Assembly: GCF_001194135.2 (NCBI RefSeq)
Contig: NC_068983.1
Span: forward strand, 59,919,773-59,983,772
Direction of reading: 5' to 3'
DNA length: 64,000 nucleotides
Origin: Octopus bimaculoides
Lineage: Eukaryota
This document shows positions 13,783-64,000 of this stretch, piece by piece (the first letter of the stretch is position 1; each line of letters opens with the position of its first letter). The notes below the pieces were generated by a model. That model saw only the letters and a program-made list of their open reading frames with translations. It had not been told where the DNA came from and did not search any database. The position numbers and the translations under genes were made by a program.

Positions 13783-15030
13783 CAAGGGGTACCCAAAAGT
13801 AACCAGAAACGTTGTCTGTGGGACAAGCCCATTTTAGTTCAGGCTTCTGCCACTAGAAGCCACTTGATGCAACCCTCAGGCATCAGACTGCCAACTGGCA
13901 TTGTCGAGTGGAGTCGTACTGGCACGTGGTGCATCTTTGCTTTGCAGTGCTTCTCCCATGCTCAGAGATTTTTGAGATAGCTGCAATGAAGGAACGCCAT
14001 GCTTCCATGAAATTCTGTTTTCTGCTGCAGAAAACAGCACTCAAGACAGTTGTCATGCTTCAAACAGCTTACAAGGATGCTGCCATGAGCAAAACACAAG
14101 TTTACAGGTGGTTTTCATGCTTTAGCAATGGTCGCTCATCACTTGAAGACCAACCTCATTCAGGGCAACTTTTAACCTCCCAAACAAAAGAAAATGTCTT
14201 AAAAATTCTTAAACTAATCTTGGAGAACAATCACCAAACAATTAATAAATTTGTTGATATGACTGATGTGTCCTGGAGCTCCTCCCAACAAATTTTGAGC
14301 GAGCAATTGTGAATGAAAATTGTTGCAGTAAAATTTGTACCTCACTTTCTCACAGAAGACCGAAAGCAGTCATGACTGAATGTGTGTCGTGAACTGAAAA
14401 AACAGTTGGAAGTTGATCTGAACTTCTTTTGAAGGTCATCACTGATGGTGAAAGCTGGTATTATGGCTATGACCCAGAAACAAAGCAGCAATCAAGTCAA
14501 TGGAATCATTCAATGTCACCACGCCCCCAAAACTGTGTCAAGTGAAGTCCAATGTCAAGTCAATGCTGATTTGTTTCATCAATGTGAAAGGAATTGTCTA
14601 CACAGTATTTGTTCTTCCTGGTCAAACTGTTAACCAGACATTTTTCTTGATAGTTCTGAAGGATTTGCAAGACACAGTGAGACGAAAACGCCCCGACCAG
14701 TGGTAGAGTGAAGAGTGGTGGTTTCATTACAACAATGCTCCTTCACACACCATCTTGAGTGTGAGACAGTTTTTGACCAAAAATGACATGGCCCTATTTA
14801 GCCACCCTCCCTATTCACCTGATGTGGCTCCCTGCAACTTATTTTTCTTCTCCCAAATGAAAAAATTTCTCAAAGGAAAATGTTTTGCAGATGTGGAAGC
14901 GGTGAAGAAGAAAAAACGGCAGACGCATGAAAAGGTATCAGTTCGCAAGAGGTCTAAGGCTGCTTCGAACAGTGGAGAATGAGTTTGAACCGATGCATTG
15001 CTTCAAATGGGGAATACTTTGAAAGCAATA
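13783..15030 (+). mobile_element. mariner (DD34D) transposon, decayed, 3' TIR not found
   Basis: TA|CAAGGGGTACCCAAAAGT 5' end. Broken ORF from ATG 13986: KFCFLLQKTA...AYKDAAMSKTQVYRWF...LEDQPHSG, FVPHFL, ITDGESWYYGYDPETKQQSSQW, HYNNAPSH, HPPYSPDVAPCNLFFF, CIASNGEYFE. Several stops and frameshifts; 34 codons between the D2 and D3 positions. Confidence 0.93.
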
Positions 15031-15047
15031 AAAAATATATGTATATT

Positions 15048-15115
<68 letters not shown>

Positions 15116-17189
15116 CTCTGTGTGTATACATACCACATATATATATATACATATATATGTGTGTGTGTGCGTGTATATATATATATTGTGTGTGGGTAGA
15201 TAGATAGATGACTAGAGAGACGGATAGAGAGAGAGAGAGAGATTGTATATAAGATGGTCGTGTATGTTTGTATGTATATGTATGTGTATATGTGTTTATG
15301 TGTGTATGTGACGATGTTTCTTTGAACGTTTGTGCCTACATGTGTGAACATGTGTGTGTACACAGTGAATCCATGATTCGGTCATTGAAAGTATCACAAT
15401 GGAAATACTTACTAAACCATTGAATATTAAATGAACATTTTCAGGAACATTTTCATTGCATTTATGTTTATTTCGTAGATCCATTTAGCTTTACAGTGTA
15501 TTGAATATTCAGATATATACTTCATGGAGATGACGGCTGCCTATGTTGCTAATGATAAATGAATATATCTTGCTAAGATGGCTTCAGTGACTTTTTCATT
15601 TCACATGCTATATGACAGTGCTCCTATATGGCCACAGTCCAGTGATCCATCATCATCATCATTTAGCATCTGTTTTCCATGCTGGCATGGGTTGGACAGT
15701 TTGACAGGAGCTGGCAAGGCTGGAGAGCCACCCAGGTTCCAATCGTCTGCTTTAGCATGGTTTCTACAGCTTGATGCCTGTCTTAATACCAACCACTTTA
15801 CAGAGTGTATTGGGTACTTTTTACATGGTACCAGCACTTTTTATGTGGCACCAGCATCAGTGCTTTGAACAAATTGGTAAGATAATTTTGTCATTATTTA
15901 GGAACATAAATTAACATGGAATTTATAATAGAGGGTTTTTAATTAGATCGAGTTTACAAGAAGTTTGTCTCCTAGAACAAGAGGCAGGTCACAGGCAGAT
16001 TGGTATCAAAAGGGTTAAATGGATAAAGTTTGCTTCACAGGGTGGGCTGGGTGCTTTTCATATGGCACCGAGACAGGTGCTCTTTACGTGGCCCAACAAT
16101 GGTGCTTTTTATGTGGTACCAGCATGGGTGCTTTTTATATGGCACTGGCAATTGTTTCAAATTTTGATACAAAGACAGCAGTGGAATCAGTTGATTCCAT
16201 GGACCTCAGTATTTGACTGGTACTTTATTTTATCAACCTCCGAAAGGACAACAGGCAAAGTCAACCTTAGTGGGATTTGAACTTAGCATGTGAACAGCTA
16301 AAAGAAATGCTGCTTAGTCAATTGCCTGACACACTAACAGTTTCGGTATTCAACAATAAAAGACAATTATTTAAGTTGCAATCTTTTTTTGCATTCTAGC
16401 ATCTTTCTCTATCAATTCAGCAAGAACATCTTTCTAGTTTCTTAGCTGATACATCTAATAAATTTCTACTACTACAACATAAATTGCTAAAAATTCAGCA
16501 ACTATTTTTCTGACAGTTTTGATCTTGTTGTTGTCATTGTTTTCTAGACTGCCCCCCTCCTCCTCACTCCCCAATCCTAAAAATTTGATATTAGTAACAT
16601 AATTTCCCAGTCATACTCATTTCTTCTATATTGTTGGCAAAGTTCAGCGAAAATATTGATTTTTGTAAAATGGCTTGCTGAAGACATCGCATAACTGTAC
16701 TGAATTAGTGAAGGAGTCAGTACATAAATTAATAGCAAATTCTATTTAATGTGAATATAATTTATGATCTCTGATTTCTAATTGACAATGCTTTGTTGTG
16801 TTTATTTATTCATTTATTTATTATTGCTGCAACATTTCCACCCTTACCATTTAAGAGTTCCAGGAATCATTTTGATTAACACTGTCTTTAAACAATAATA
16901 TTAACTATTTTTTTGTCTGTTTATTTATTTATTTTTTTTTCAATTGTTCTAATTATTTGAATCATGAAAATATTTTTTTTTATTCTTAATGAAATTGTTT
17001 TCTGTTTTTTTTTTTTTGTCATCTACTTCATTTTCCCTTTATTACTTCCTACCAAAATGAAGGTTATCACCAACAATGGTGATGGATCTCATCAGTTCCA
17101 GATAATGATAAAAATTTTGATGATTTAAGGTTTAGAGGTTAAGGTGTTGAAGTGTTGTTCGAAACATTTCGGTTTCAATCTTGTCACTT

Positions 17190-17350
17190 AAGCATCATCA
17201 TCATCAGCGTTGTCATCATCACCATCATCATCAACATTGTTGTCATCCTCATCATCATTGTCGTTATCGTTGTCATCATCAGCATCATCATCGTCATCAT
17301 AATCATCATTGTTGTCATCATTGTTGTCATCACCATTGTCGTCGTCCTTT
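17190..17350. repeat. Degenerate (CAT/CGT/TGT) trinucleotide array; similar tract at 45410-45600
   Basis: Directly visible; explains the poly-His and poly-Ile ORFs. Confidence 0.95.
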
Positions 17351-19714
17351 TACATCAGTTTTCCATACTGGCACTGGTAGGATAATTCAGCAGGATTCAC
17401 GGGGTTGGAGGACTGTTTTATTCCAATGTCACATTTGTGGCCTGGTTTCTCCAGCTGAATGCCCTTCCTAACACCAACTACTTTACGGAATGAATTGGAT
17501 GCATTTTTTTTTTTTATGTAACACCAGTGCTATAGAGGTTGCCCTGCCATCTGCACAACCTGTGTTGTTGCTGTTTGGAATGATTATCAATCAATGAGTG
17601 TAGAAGGTTCTTTTTTTGGCACCAGAACTGTTGTGGTTACTTTACAGCTTGCAAAGCAAAAGAGAACTTTATTGGTGGCAGGAACAGATTTATTGAAGAT
17701 AACAATGGAGAGCGTAACAAGGGGAAAGCAAGATGTATGACTTTTGTGCACCCCCTGAAAATATAACTGTAAAACAAAATTAGTAAACCTCTCAGTTTAC
17801 AAAAGTATATTTAAAGCGAGCAGCTCCAACAATTTAAAAGATACCTGAATATTTTAACTATCCTTAGGTATAAATGTGGGTGGGTATGCATTTGTGTGTG
17901 CATGTCACCAAGGTCTACTTTGTTTTTCAGCTATTCGAGATTGATAAAATAAGTAGCAGTTGAGCACTGAGGTTAATGTAATCGACTTACCCTCCCCCTC
18001 CTCTTAAATTGCTGGCCTTGTGCCAAAATTTTGAAACCATTATTGTTGTTGTTGTTGTTGCTATTATTTCATGACTTATCTCTGTATTCTAAGTCAATAA
18101 TAACGGTGGTTTAAAGCTAAAAAGAGAACAACAAAATCTATTTCCTATTGAGGGTCATGTGTTGCCAGATTAACTCACTATCGATTCTTTTCCTTGAATC
18201 AAAACAGAAATTTTTAGTTTCTGAAATAATACAGCAGTAAACATGGGTTAAAGTTATTTTCCAAAGTTTTGTATTTGGTGCTGAGATATTCTTTAAACCA
18301 AATATATCACAATTATAACTTGGTTCTTTGTCCTGAAGCAATAGTCTGCTTAGTTGTGGATCTCAGCTGGTACTGCTGAGAATTTCAACTGTTTTTTTGT
18401 TATCTTCAGTTTTTATTTTATTTTTTTTTAACCAGCATATATTGTACATATGTTGATTTCAACAGCTTTGAAAATATCCTGAAGTGTTTTCTTGAGAACT
18501 AATTGAAATCATTCTAACGCTAGCAAGTCCAATCTTTAGAAAATAAACCATGATAATAACTGATACTTCCATATTAAAATAGACTGGAACCAATATGGCT
18601 ACTTAAACTGTATCTTTTACTTGTTTCAGTGTTCACTAAAGATTAATTGAAATCTGCCATTTGTCTTGTTATTATTGGAGAAGATTATTTTGTCACAAGC
18701 ATCATCAGTGACAACAGCAGCAGCAACAAATTTAGCATCTCTATTAATTTCAGCCCCATGTCAACCTTCTCATTATAATCATAGTTATCTTTTATTTACA
18801 CTTGATGTTTATACTGTTCATCAACATTTGTTTGCTTTGTTTTTTGAGGAGGTGGGATGAGGAAGTGTTTTCCATATTAATTTTCATTTATTTTCCTTTT
18901 ATTCATTTAATGTGGCTGATGCCAGCGCCTCCTTGACTAGCTCCTGTGCCGGTGGCATGTAAAAGCACCATCCAAATGTGGTTGATGCCAGCCCCTTCTG
19001 ACCCCTATGCTGGTGGCACATAAAAAAGCACCCACTACACTCTTGGAGTGGTTGGTGTTAGGAAGGGCATCCAGCTGTAGAAACACTGCCAGATCAGACT
19101 GGAGCCTGGTGCAGCCTCCTAGCTTCCCATACCCCAGTCGAACCGTCCAACCCATGCTAGCATGGAAAACGGACGTTAAGCGGTGATGATGATGATGATT
19201 TACAAACAAGTATGTTATGACCTGCAAATGGTGAATCTTAGAAGAGTTGTTAAGCCAAGTGTTGTTTATCAAACCAAATGAGGCTTTGGCCAACTTTACC
19301 CAAACACCATGATGCTTGGAGATGTTTGGAAATATTTGCAATTTATCTTAGATACCCAACCCAGACCAGTTCCTGTACAAGACCTGTTCAATAGTATGTG
19401 CCAACAGTTTCTAGACAGATTCCGTTTCTGGAAGCAGCTAAGATGCATTAACATCTTTCCTTTAGAACTGGCTGCGTACCACTACCTTTGACACTGTCAC
19501 AGCACCAGTGTTAAACTGACAAACATAGCCCATGCAGTTGGCCTCTTTAGGACTGCAATGCTCCAACAACCCTGTATCCTCAATTTCTAATGACAATACC
19601 TGCACTTTCAAGTAACTACTTATCTCTACCACAGTACACCACCAACTCATCTCCTCCTCCTTCTCCCCACAGCTACCAATCTTATCATTTATATACTATG
19701 AAACGTCATCCCCT

Positions 19715-19830
19715 ACTTCTACCCCAAGATTCATAAGGCTAACATCCCTGGTTATTCCATTGATCCTGCTACTTACAGACAGGATCACAAGCTACATGAC
19801 CTTCAGTCCCTTGTCACAACCAGCTCAGAT
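19715..19830 (+). mobile_element. Penelope-like reverse transcriptase fragment, decayed
   Basis: YFYPKIHKANIPGYSI...DLQSLV; PKIHKxxxPxRPI is a hallmark PLE RT motif. Short and degenerate. Confidence 0.55.
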
Positions 19831-21084
19831 TGTCTAATCTTCTTGCTACCATTGAAATACCAGTGCCTTCACTCAGAACATTACTATTTTGCACAGTTTC
19901 TGGTACATTTTTCAAGTTGCTGGTCAGTTCACTTGCACTTGCTCCGAAAGTGTAATCCGTAGCATTAAATGGTCTCCGTATGTAGGTAAAAATAACTGAT
20001 GGCTAACTGACTGATTCAAGCAGCATCTACTGGATACATGATGTACAAGCTGTAGATGTTGAAAAAATATTTGCACTTCAATTCAGTTTCCTGAGGCATT
20101 CCTATCATCACCTTTCCATTTTTGGTCTTCTCCAGCACCATGACTCTCCGGCCTCTAATTTCTTCAGAACAAAGTGTGATCCTTTGATTCATTCCTTAAC
20201 TCCTACCATTCTTCCTAACTTTCTTCTGTTCATCCACTCCCGCAGGCTTGTCTCTCTACCACCCACCCACTCATTTGTTTCTTCCTTCCCCTCTTCTACT
20301 CATGATGCACCATTTTGTATCATTAATAAAATTGTTGGCATTTTTGATGACACAGGTATGCTAGTATATACATGTGTGTGTGTGTCTTTGTGTCAGTGTT
20401 TGTTCCCCACCACTGCTTGAAAACTAGTGTTGATGTGTTTTCATCCCTTCGACTTTGCAGTTCAGCAAAAAAGACCAACACAATAAATACCAGGCTTAAA
20501 AATAAATAAGTCATAAGGTCATTTCATTCAACTAGAATAAATTCTTCAAGACATCTCCCCAACATGCCCACAGTCTAATGAATGAAATGTGTAAAATATA
20601 AAAGATATTGAAGAGCAGAAATTATTTTCCAGCATCAAGCTAATAGATTCCAATAATGGTTGTGAGTTATTCTTCTTCATGATAGTTCCTAATATGTATA
20701 AGATTAAATCCAAATTTCAGTTTGTGATCATGTTTTCATTATAAAATATTGGTTCCCAGATTTCTTGAAAATCTCTTTAAAAAAATATATGTTGCAATCC
20801 AATAGATTTATTGAGATGGAAAGTATAATAGTTCTCTTTCTTTGACTCTCTTGTAGTAATTAATTGAGATGAATCCTCTAAAAGCATGGATATATTTCTA
20901 TTTATATGTTAAGACCTATTGTGATTTTCCTGGACTTATTCCATATAAAAAGATAGATTGCAAAAGTGGACATCTTATTCATACAAGCTTAGATGTTGTT
21001 TTGTTTTTTAATTCAGTCATTTTTACCAACTATTGTAAATCTTTACGTTTATCAGAACTGAGCTTAATAATTTTTTTCCTGCAG

Positions 21085-58782
<37,698 letters not shown>

Positions 58783-59252
58783 GTAAGTTATTCTTCAATA
58801 CTTTCATTGTTAGAATAATAAACCATTTTTTTCCATGATTGTGCGTGGTGGGCGGTTACTTCTGTGTCTGTATATTTGTATATTTGTTGTATGTATTATC
58901 TATTTATCTTTTTTGAGAAGGTTTGTATTTCAGTGCATGAGAATTCTGAAAGTTATATCTGTGTTAATCAGAGATATTGTTATTATTTTTCCCAAAGTGT
59001 GTGTTACTAACAAACTATTTCTGTCTACTCCGTATTTTCTACACTGTTAAGCACACATACATTCTTTCAGTCTAAAACACTTACTGAAGTGACTACGTCA
59101 ATATAGACTTGTAATTTGTTTGAATGATGCATGTTGAGTGATGAGACACTCTGAGTTGAAATGGCAGAGAGTAAATTCAATGGAATTAGACTGACAGAGA
59201 TTTGTCAAATGGTTAAGCTAGCTTTCAGCACAGTAGGTCTCATGCTTTAGAT

Positions 59253-59999
59253 CAATAGTTCTCAAGTGGGGTCCATATGGTCCCTGAAGGTCCATATAAT
59301 ATTTGTGGGGGAGGATCTACACAACAAAACAGGGAATAGGGGGTCCGTACAACAAAATAGGAAATTAAGGATCCATGCAACGAAATAGGAAATTGGGAGT
59401 TCACACAACAAAATAGGGAATTAAGGGCAACAAAATAGGAAATTGGGGGCAACAAAACAGGAAATTGAGGGTCCACACAAAAAAATAGGAAATTAGGGAT
59501 TCATGCAACAAAGTAGGAAATTGGGGATCCACGCAACAAAATAGGAAATTGGGGGTCCTCACAACAAAATAGAAAATTAGGGGGTCTACGCAACAAAATA
59601 GAAAATTAGGGATCCACACAACAAAATAGAAAATTGAGGATTCACACAACAAAATAGAAAATTAGAGGTCTACGCAACAAAATAGAAAATTGGGGGTTCA
59701 TGCAACAAAATAGGAAATTAGGGATTCATGCAACAAGATAGGAAATTGGGGGTCCACACAAAAAAAATAGGAAATTAGGGCAACAAAATAGGAAATTGGG
59801 GCAACAAAACAGGAAATTGAGGGTCCACACGACAAAATAGGAAATTAGGGGTCTACGCAACAAAATAGGATATTGGGGTCCATACAAAAAATAGGAAATG
59901 AGGGATTCACACAACAAAATAAGAAATTGGGGATTCATGCAACAAAATAGGAAATTAGGTGTCCACAATAGTATTTTAAGGACCCTTGAAAAATTATTG
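59253..59999. mobile_element. hAT (Charlie-like) MITE containing a minisatellite
   Basis: Left CAATAGTTCTCAA, right-end reverse complement CAATAATTTTTCAA; perfect 8-bp TSD CTTTAGAT at 59245-59252 and 60000-60007. Confidence 0.85.
59310..59970 (+). repeat. Minisatellite, ~24 units of 21-29 bp, consensus GGGGTCCACRCAACAAAATAGGAAATTR
   Basis: Units counted by eye from the recurring caacaaaataggaaatt core. Confidence 0.95.
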
Positions 60000-60403
60000 C
60001 TTTAGATGTATGTAATGATATGTATTGCAAGAAACAGTTAGGTTTCTTTCTCTAACATTTTACATAATTCAACCTATACAAGTTAATGTGTGAAAAACAA
60101 ATTAGGAATTTTGAAAGAAATTTTTATAGAACAAGTTTTTAAACATTGAATGGTTTTGGAGGTCTACCAGAATAAAATAGTGATATATACATGTATATAT
60201 AGATGCTATAAGTAACTACTCCCCACCTAACCAAAAACATTTACTAACCTCAACAAACACTGCTGCTGCTGCTATTGAATTTTACCCAAACAAACAGTTG
60301 AGAAAAACATCTCATAGAAGAATGTCATGGTTTCCTACTACTACCAAATCTAATTTAAACTAATAGTGGAGGAGAATTTATCTTTGGAAAATGTCATACT
60401 TTT

Positions 60404-60486
60404 ATGCGCTGAAGAGATCATACTAATAATGCATAAATTGGTGCATATGAATATGCAGTCGGTGCAATTGAAACATGTGTCAGACT
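60404..60486 (+). ncRNA. Decayed hammerhead-like motif
   Basis: CUGAAGA (60409-60415), GAU..AUU, GAAA (60470-60473), C-AUGU-G-UC (GUC 60479-60481); internal hairpin UGCAUA/UAUGCA. Stem I does not pair. Confidence 0.35.
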
Positions 60487-60627
60487 ATTATTATGAATAA
60501 ACTAACTGGAAATAAACAAAGTTTGAACGTTCAAATTCTTTATTCCCCTCATTCACCTTATATATATATGCTTGTATGTATGTTAGCATGTGCCCATGTG
60601 TGTGTATATTGAGTGTGTAGGGGTGCT

Positions 60628-60658
<31 letters not shown>

Positions 60659-60709
60659 ATATATGTATAAATATGTATGTATATGTATGTAAATATAAAT
60701 ATGTATTTG

Positions 60710-60745
<36 letters not shown>

Positions 60746-61220
60746 NNNNNNNNNNNNNNNNNNNNNNNNNNNNNNNNNNNNNNNNNNNNNNNNNNNNNNN
60801 NNNNNNNNNNNNNNNNNNNNNNNNNNNNNNNNNNNNNNNNNNNNNNNNNNNNNNNNNNNNNNNNNNNNNNNNNNNNNNNNNNNNNNNNNNNNNNNNNNNN
60901 NNNNNNNNNNNNNNNNNNNNNNNNNNNNNNNNNNNNNNNNNNNNNNNNNNNNNNNNNNNNNNNNNNNNNNNNNNNNNNNNNNNNNNNNNNNNNNNNNNNN
61001 NNNNNNNNNNNNNNNNNNNNNNNNNNNNNNNNNNNNNNNNNNNNNNNNNNNNNNNNNNNNNNNNNNNNNNNNNNNNNNNNNNNNNNNNNNNNNNNNNNNN
61101 NNNNNNNNNNNNNNNNNNNNNNNNNNNNNNNNNNNNNNNNNNNNNNNNNNNNNNNNNNNNNNNNNNNNNNNNNNNNNNNNNNNNNNNNNNNNNNNNNNNN
61201 NNNNNNNNNNNNNNNNNNNN

Positions 61221-61258
<38 letters not shown>

Positions 61259-61802
61259 TAAATTTTCCCATTGAAATAAATTTTGTTTCTTTTAATGTTT
61301 TATCAAAATTAGGGTGACAATGGGGATATCTGTTAAATATATTTAGAAGTCCAGAATTTTGAGAAAATCATATAAGGATTCTGCCACAAAACAAGCTAGG
61401 CAACCACTGTTTTATGCTATCATGAGCTCAGCATGGGCATTTGACCATCTAAAAATATCAACGAAATCTCACTCAAATTACATCCAACTGTCATAATTAA
61501 ACAATGATGGTCACCATTGGAGAACCCATGGTAACATCAACTATTATAATTTGTCTTAATGGAAAAAACTGACATTAAACAATGATAAAGATAATGACAG
61601 TAACATTATAAAACGTTGTTCATAACCAGTTTCCAATGCCAGTGATAATACCATTTGTATTAATCAAATAATATTAATGGCTACCAAGGAATTATGTTAC
61701 TGACATAGAAGAGAAAGATTATATTCTTCAAAATTCCTATCACTCTACCATTATATTAGTTTTTGTTATCTATTGCTGCTACTACTTTCATGTATCATTA
61801 TA

Positions 61803-61858
<56 letters not shown>

Positions 61859-62270
61859 CATTATCGTTATTGTTGTTGTTGTTGTTGTTGTTTTACTTAG
61901 TGTTTTTGGATATATTGTTTCTTGTTTTTGTTTTTTTTTCTAACCAATGTAACTACTCTTAAACCACAACTTTTATTTAATTAGAGCTTTTTTTTATTTT
62001 TGTTTTTGTGTTTATGTTGTAATATTATTATCAGGGATGATAACAATAATGACATCTCACATTGGCATTAGGCCATATTTTCGCAGAGAACATATATAAT
62101 CGATATATTTGTAAGTAAATGTCTTGTATTTATTTCATTCACCCACACAAGTATTGAATAGCAAAGTCAGCCCCCACACAGTTTAAAATCAGAACTTACA
62201 AGAATAAAACTACATCCTGCCATGTAATTTGTATAACACACCACTATTTCAGCAATTCTACTGCCTAATG

Positions 62271-62330
<60 letters not shown>

Positions 62331-62479
62331 GTTTCAAATGTTGGCATAAACCCAGCAATTTTGGGGGAGGGGTTAGTCAAATACATCAACCCCAGCGCTC
62401 AACCTATTTAATTGATGCCAAAAGGATGAAAGGCAAATTCAACCTTCGCAGAATTTGAACTCAGAAACTATTGGATAAA

Positions 62480-62810
62480 AGGAAGGCTAAGATTTGAAGG
62501 GGATGCTGAGGTTGGAGGAATCGGTGGGACAGCTGGCAAGGGTGAATGGAGTGTGGTGGTATGGATATGTGTTGAGGAGGGATGAATATCATGTTCTGAG
62601 GAAAGTGCTTGAGTTTAAATTGAATGAACCATGAAAGTGAGGTCAACCAAAGAAAACGTGGAAGAGACAGGTGGAGGAGGAGATTGAGAGGGTTAGCTTG
62701 AGGAGAGAGGATGCTCAAAACTGGGTGAGATGTTGTGAAAGTGGTTGCTGTAAGAGTGAGGTACATCCGGCCGCCCCCGTTAATGGGAACACACCTGAAT
62801 TTAAAATATT
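62480..62810 (+). mobile_element. RTE LINE 3' fragment nested in a family C SINE
   Basis: MLRLEESVGQLARVNGVWWYGYVLRRDEYHVLRKVLEF...GQPKKTWKRQVEEEI matches the RTE C-terminal WYGHVLRR...RGRPKKTW pattern. The SINE stops near 62465 and resumes near 62835. Confidence 0.8.
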
Positions 62811-63129
62811 GGAATTCATCATTATCATCAACATAAGAACAGACAAAATGTCATTAAGCATTTTGCCTGGGGTGCTAACAATTCTGCCAGCTCACCACCT
62901 TAACAATAATAAAAGTAATAATAACAATGGTTTTAAATTTTGGCACAAGGCCAGCAATTTCGGGGGAGGAGGTATGTCAGTTACATTGACCCCAGCACTC
63001 AACTGGTACCAAATTTAATGACCCTGAAAGAGTGAAAGGCAAAGTCAACCTTGGTGGAATTTAAATGAGACTATAAAGATGGATGAAATGCCACTAAGCC
63101 CAGTGTGCTAATAATAATAAACATAGTTG

Positions 63130-63402
63130 CTTACTTATCAACCCATCATGCATGTTTGATTCTAGGATCATAAAGAAAGAGGAAGAAAAACAACCAAATA
63201 CAATTCTTTAAAATTTGAAATAAGAATTTGGAGCATGCAAACAGTAATGGTTGTGACTATGATAATTGGTGCATTGGGAACAGTTAGCAAAGATATAGAC
63301 AAATCACTGAAGAAGATAGAAATAAAATGCCCAGTTGAGCTCCTACAGACAGTTTGTCTCTTAGGAACAGCAAGGATTATCAGGAAGGTTCTAAGCACTT
63401 GA
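63130..63402 (+). mobile_element. RLE-type non-LTR retrotransposon 3' ORF end (R4/NeSL/Hero-like)
   Basis: MFDSRIIKKEEEK...EIRIWSMQTVMVVTMIIGALGTVSKDIDKSLKKIEIKCPVELLQTVCLLGTARIIRKVLST* matches the KExEKxxKY...W...IGALG...LQ..CLLGTARI C-terminus. Confidence 0.8.
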
Positions 63403-64000
63403 AAGACTGCTGGAAACTTGTGGATACTTAAGGTTACAGGTAGTAACCTGCTACCCACATAAATTCTACAGGAATACGACCAAACTTAAGCCAATCCAAA
63501 ATAATAATAATAATAATACCAGTGATTGTAGGAGCACTAGGAATGATAAAAACAAAAGGAACTGGAATTTATTTGAGAATGATGCTTTGCTTACCATTCC
63601 TGCAAGAAGTGCAGAAGGTTGTTTTAACTTGTATGTCACATGTATTGAGAAGACCATTGTCAATTTGAGAATGATTACCATCCATGCAAATAGTTTTGTT
63701 TTTCTCTCCATAATTTTATTTGATTTTGTAAATGGACAAAATGGTTTATTTTAATGGCCTATCTATGTACGCAGTGAGTTTATTTACCCTAGGTGTCAGG
63801 AAGACACTCAGCAAGAAAAGGAAGCAAAATTGAAAAAAGAAGAAAATTTGTAATAATAATAATAATAATAGATGTCCTGATGCAATATCAGGCAGTGGTT
63901 CTCATGGTTTCTGATCTTAACTGATTGAAAGTGTTAACATGTACATGTTTTGTCTTGGTATAAAAAGATAGGTTACCGCAAATATTTTGCTCAATACCAC

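Noticed and set aside
18138-18900. ORF-like AT-rich stretch on the minus strand
   Set aside because: Multiple stops in all frames and no recognisable domain.
19200-19640. Possible RTE-like fragment on the minus strand (KLAKASFGLINNTW)
   Set aside because: Resemblance too weak to call without a profile search.
59310-59970. CRISPR-like appearance of the repeat array
   Set aside because: Eukaryotic intron; intervening bases are only 0-8 nt and resemble each other, so it is a minisatellite with no unique spacers or cas genes.
58783-64000. Next CACNA2D exon (expected LLGVxGxDV)
   Set aside because: Not found in the visible sequence; probably beyond the window, though the 60746-61220 gap cannot be inspected.

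Overview
This is AT-rich, CpG-depleted metazoan genomic DNA from a scaffolded draft assembly, with 13 N gaps totalling about 2.5 kb. The SINE families and dense microsatellites look like Octopus (probably O. bimaculoides); that identification is inference from recognising the repeats. The window lies inside one large plus-strand gene for a voltage-gated calcium channel alpha-2/delta subunit (CACNA2D family, closest to CACNA2D3/4 and Drosophila straightjacket). Seven GT-AG exons (745 nt, 21085-58782) splice in frame and encode the VWA domain and the start of the following Cache region; the rest of the gene lies outside the window. Everything else is intron: four tRNA-headed or RTE-tailed SINE families, a decayed mariner, a decayed Tc1 with both TIRs, two hAT/Charlie-type MITEs with perfect 8-bp TSDs, a piggyBac-type MITE, fragments of Penelope-like, RTE and RLE-type LINEs, and simple repeats. 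Nearly all ORFs in the supplied track are microsatellite or gap artefacts. Four observations stand out. (1) A type I hammerhead ribozyme motif with an intact catalytic core, a palindromic loop III and an unusually long domain II at 53344-53460 (minus), plus a decayed motif of the same architecture at about 60404-60486 (plus). (2) A ~340-bp, ~94% identical inverted repeat pair 5.2 kb apart in one intron, enclosing the Tc1. (3) Gly in place of the conserved WMAC cysteine that links alpha-2 to delta. (4) A hAT MITE whose interior is a ~24-unit minisatellite with higher-order structure.
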